A stretch of DNA of 63,136 nucleotides, filler included, from Stramenopiles sp. TOSAG23-3 (taxonomy: Eukaryota): the NCBI GenBank assembly GCA_900128585.1. It is 6 parts of 6 records of this genome, joined end to end, with 100 filler letters (N's around TTAATTAATTAA, not from the genome) between each part and the next. Parts side by side here need not be neighbours in the genome. Positions count along the whole stretch, not along the records: positions 59,347 to 61,191 come from LT645323.1; positions 61,292 to 63,136 come from LT645324.1; 4 more parts are not named here. One strand, 5' to 3'. This document shows positions 59,347-63,136 of this stretch, in pieces (positions within the stretch are counted from its first letter, which is position 1; every line of letters begins with the position of its first letter). A program made the position numbers and the translations under genes. The notes below the pieces were generated by a model. That model saw nothing but the letters and a program-made list of their open reading frames with translations, ran no database searches and was not told the origin of the DNA.

Positions 59347-59961
59347 AGTTGATCGTTCGAGTATGACGGACAGGAGTGACACATGTCACTGGAATCGAAA
59401 AGAAGAAGAGTGCTTTAAAATAAGTACGTAAGTAGTCCTTAGTCCTTTAGACTGACTATAAACAACCTTAAGAAGAAATAGCTTTACGACCAGTTTTCTA
59501 CAAGCGGCGTCGGCGTCATTGAGCATGATGTGGACTGTGGACATTTATTTTTTAAAAAAATCGATTACATGTTATTATATGATAACTGTGTATGAACTAG
59601 TAAAGAATTTTTTGTTGTTGTAGTGTATATATAGTATTTGGTGTAATTTAAATTATAAAATATTTTAACGTTAATATAAAATAAGAAGTATTATTATAGG
59701 TATTTTTTAAGCTTTTTTTTTTTTTTAATAATAATAATATAAACACAACAACAAAAAATAATTATTAAAAACAAATTTGAATGATGGAAAAACATGACAA
59801 AGTATTTTTTCAATTGTATGTGTTTTTTCATTTTTCTAAAATCATTCAATCAAGCACAATAACGAAAAGGTAGATTGATGATGAAAATGATTTCAAATCA
59901 TCTCTCGAACACATATCATAAGTATCGAAAACGCATTTGCATTCGTGCTACCATTTATCCC

Positions 59962-60810
59962 ATGGCCTATTTCATCACCATTGCGGCAATGTTTTTTGTT
60001 GCCGCCGTGGCCGGTGAAAATTACGACCGACCTCTCCAAAACTTCGGCTTTCAAGCAAGTCGTCTCACTCCCGAAGAGAATGACCTTATAGAAAGCTTAG
60101 ATTTCGTGCCAACATGGTGCAAACTGTACAAGACAACAAATGACCACGGGGAGTCCGCAAATGGGATGAAAATCCCGTGTAAACCAGCCCTGTTCGGCAT
60201 GGATCGGGCAAATATTCAATCTGCAAAATTACGTCTATTAGCCCCTCGATCTGGGTGCGGAACTCGAGTCAAGCTAAGTGAATACTATGGCGACGAGGAG
60301 ACAGACACGATTATTGCTGTCGCGTTTCGAGGGCAGTGCACTTTCTTGGAGAAGGCACAGAATGCAGCAAAGACGAACGCAAAGGCGTTGATAATCGTCG
60401 ACAATCAAAAAGGTGCCAAACTAATCCAACTTATCGCCAGTGGAAAGGATGAAAATGTTACTGTTCCTATTCCAGTCGTAAGCGCTTACGAAAACAGTTC
60501 AGAACCGCTGTCGATTAACGGTTACTACATGAACATTAAATTTGGGCAAAGTGAAAACCAGGAACTAACTTGGCAGGAAGAAGAAAGTGTACATTTCTGG
60601 GACACCATAGTTAAGAAGTTTCCCACTAACCCGAAGTACAAAATGAGGTTGGCGAAGCAACTTTGGCGCGCTAAAAACGATCTGAATGGCGCCGAAGCCC
60701 TCTTTCGGGATGATTTTCTGCCTCTGTGGTGTACCCCCCGCGGCGAAAGAATTTGTCCTTGCAATACGAGACAGCTTCCGCTGCTTGTGCTTTCGCAAGG
60801 AACCTTCTAA
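59962..60810 (+). CDS. Secreted PA (protease-associated) domain protein; 3' end doubtful
   Basis: Signal peptide MAYFITIAAMFFVAAVAG and PA motif IAVAFRGQCTFLEKAQNAAKTNAKALIIVDN..IPVVS. A TPR-like helix pair breaks off near 60710. Confidence 0.72.
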   Translation: MAYFITIAAMFFVAAVAGENYDRPLQNFGFQASRLTPEENDLIESLDFVPTWCKLYKTTNDHGESANGMKIPCKPALFGMDRANIQSAKLRLLAPRSGCGTRVKLSEYYGDEETDTIIAVAFRGQCTFLEKAQNAAKTNAKALIIVDNQKGAKLIQLIASGKDENVTVPIPVVSAYENSSEPLSINGYYMNIKFGQSENQELTWQEEESVHFWDTIVKKFPTNPKYKMRLAKQLWRAKNDLNGAEALFRDDFLPLWCTPRGERICPCNTRQLPLLVLSQGTF

Positions 60811-61060
60811 ATTCACCATATTCCCAAACCCAGCCCTCGCAACTTCCCGAAAGGGGTCGCTGCGCCCATCAGAGGCGGTGTCCGCCCCCCAGTAATCATC
60901 GGTACTCTCAAAGGTCCGCATTCGCCCAGGCGATTCCTCATTACTGGACGCGCCAGCCACGGGAAGCGCTTTAATACCATCCTCTTCAACGTCGGAATCA
61001 CAATCCCCGAGGTCAAAATCGTCGATGACTTTGTCCTCGTCCTCGACCTCTTCCATCGCC
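60565..61060 (-). CDS. Internal or terminal exon of an unknown gene with an acidic, disordered product
   Basis: On the minus strand a branch-point-like TACTGAT and a CAG acceptor end at 61061. A GC-rich frame AMEEVEDEDKVIDDFDLGD... follows and overlaps the PA gene tail. Confidence 0.55.
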
Positions 61061-61191
61061 TGAATCAGTAATCACCACAATTTCTTATCAACAAAAATAT
61101 TATTTTCCACCACAAAGAATTCTTTACTTCTAAAATCATTCAAATATATGTGGTTGAACAATGTGATGCTAACAAACTCCAAATGGTGATG

Positions 61192-61291
61192 NNNNNNNNN
61201 NNNNNNNNNNNNNNNNNNNNNNNNNNNNNNNNNNNTTAATTAATTAANNNNNNNNNNNNNNNNNNNNNNNNNNNNNNNNNNNNNNNNNNNN
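61192..61291. other. Artificial contig-joining spacer
   Basis: N44-TTAATTAATTAA-N44. Confidence 0.97.
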
Positions 61292-61292
61292 C

Positions 61293-63136
61293 CAGGCCTT
61301 GCACCCCGCTTACACCAGGCTTATGGGCCTATTGTTCAAGGTCATTATGCTCGGGCATGTTCTAGCATGCCTGTGGCATTACATCCCCCTAATAGAAGAC
61401 GGAAGAGATAACTGGTTTACTAGCTACGGCATTGACGAGCACACTGGAGCGTTTTCCACCAAGTACACGGCGTCCCTGTACTGGGCAGTTGCCACCCTGA
61501 CAGGGGTGGGATACGGGGACATTCATGCCACCACAACTTCTGAGCGTGTGATGTCCATATTTGCAACTATTTTAGGGTCTACTGTATTCGGTTTCATCAT
61601 TGGAAACATAGGCTCAATCATGGACAGCGTGGACGTTCGGGGTTCCCGTTTAAAGCGTAAACTGATGGACGTGAAGAACTATATGATAGACCGTCGAATG
61701 CCATGGGGTTTACAAAAGAAGGTTATAAAGTACTATGAAACATACTACGAATGGAAGTCTGTGTTTGACGAGCCGGACATACTGGCCAACCTGTCAGGCG
61801 GAATCAGAGCCCGCGTTACGAAAGCCACCACCATCCAACTTTGCTCCAACATCAACTTCTTCAACCGGTGGTGTTCGCGCGACATGGAACTTATGGCTCT
61901 CATATTCGAATCGTTAAAACCCATGCACGCGGGCGTCGGGGAGACTTTATCGGTCCAGAATGATATAGGGCGTGAAATATTTTTTTTGCTGAACGGAACA
62001 GTAGCCTCGTTGTGGCAAATGCCGACCATTAAGAAAAAGATGATCGAAGAGAGCGAAGAGGAAACGCAAACATTGGAACACCTCGCGAGGCAAACGCTCA
62101 TACGCACAGTCATGCACAGGGAAATGGAGATTTTTGAAGGTTACGAAGATGTCTTTCAAAAGAAACTGAATTCGTTGAAGGGAGATTTGAAGGCGACAGG
62201 AACGAATGCGAAGAAACGTCGCCCCGTGCAGAAACCGGGGAAACTAAAACGGTCAAATTCCAGAATCGCTCGTCTGAGTTCGAAAATCAAGGACGCGTTT
62301 CAAACCAGCCACAACATGCCGGAGCGCGCAAAGGAGGGCACCATGCACTTGATCAAGGTGCACCGGAGCGGGGACCATTTTGGCTTGATGAGCGTTTTAC
62401 TTGGACGGCCCCAACCAACGCGCTACGATGCTGTGAGTTCTTGCACCCTGTTCACCTTGCGGTTGGATTACTTGCTGGAAATATTCGCGGAAGGTTACAA
62501 TCACATAGAGCAAGCTCTCATTGCGGACGCAGAAAAAAGGTACAGCCATTTCGATACCATTTCCTGCACGCTCGTTGCTAATGAAATTGTGAAGCGAACG
62601 GGAAGATCCGAGCTTGACCTCATACCAGAGCTGGTCAGCGTTTGCGACCCTGTCGCAAAAGCTTCGTCCCCAGGACGCTTAAAAAAAAGGTTGACTTTCA
62701 ATAGACGCAACCCGCCGAAAACGCATGAAGACAAACTCATCCCTAAGGAACGCGCCTTCAAGCATGGAAATGATTACTTGACCCGAGAAGAGTATGAACA
62801 CGTCCGCTATGTAGAGCACGTCGTACGGAAAAAGAAACTCTTGCGCAAAAGGACTAGCTACAACAAATATGCGGTATCTATTTTTACCCCGATCAGAACC
62901 TTTTTTGTGTACGTATTCAACATGTCGAAAGTGACGCGAAAGTTTATGTCACGGGTTCCCCATTCCATTTGGAAAATGCACGCCGCTCAGAAGGACACAA
63001 AGTTTAATCTTGCGATGCTCAACAAGGGCGAGCAAGCCCATTACTTGGAGGAATCCGACGATGACCTTTACGCGCGACTTATTGTTCACCCGTCTGCGCC
63101 TTACAAAGTCGCTTGGGATACGTGCACAATGCTGTT
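61293..63136 (+). CDS. Partial cyclic-nucleotide-binding-domain K+ channel (KCNH/HCN/CNGK superfamily), open at both ends and absent from the ORF track
   Basis: The frame from 61293 gives S5 GHVLACLWHY, pore KYTASLYWAVATLTGVGYGDI, S6 FGFIIGNI, C-linker VKNYMIDRRMPWGLQKKVIKYY and a CNBD. It ends LIVHPSAPYKVAWD, a new S1. Confidence 0.9.

Noticed and set aside
14770-61291. TTAATTAATTAA as a biological motif, and gene clusters spanning it
   Set aside because: It is always centred in exactly 100 nt of N padding and genes are cut at its edges, so it is an artificial linker.
1-63136. tRNA/rRNA genes, transposase or RT ORFs, viral genes, alternative genetic code
   Set aside because: None recognised by eye. 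TAA, TAG and TGA all terminate conserved genes at the expected positions.

Overview
Eukaryotic, gene-dense and almost intron-free DNA with GC-rich coding islands separated by AT-rich, (GAA)n-rich spacers. It uses the standard genetic code. The gene content (MKS1, CDK7, XPC, CEPT, PKG-like fragment, CNBD K+ channel, TM-LRR-LNR protein, many secreted proteins) indicates a flagellated protist, plausibly an uncultured marine stramenopile (inference). Five identical 100-nt spacers (N44-TTAATTAATTAA-N44) join six separate contigs, so gene neighbourhoods across spacers are not real. About 27 protein-coding loci are supportable, four of them cut by a spacer or the window end. The most striking non-coding signal is a family of short interspersed elements (about 15 full or partial copies). 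They share a fixed end (...AAATAACAGCCAATTTTCTTGT(n)) and are truncated at variable points at the other end. Three copies are flanked by direct repeats of 10, 12 and 15 bp. The elements nest into older copies of themselves and sit almost only just downstream of stop codons. This pattern fits a T-tailed retroposon inserted by target-primed reverse transcription. Other highlights are an intron-containing fusion of a bacterial-type alpha/beta hydrolase and a VOC domain, a membrane-anchored degenerate CAR-like adenylation domain facing an HTTM protein, a tandem-repeat CNBD K+ channel with a GVGYG filter, and several apparently novel repeated protein domains. All product calls come from motif recognition by eye; no database searches were run.
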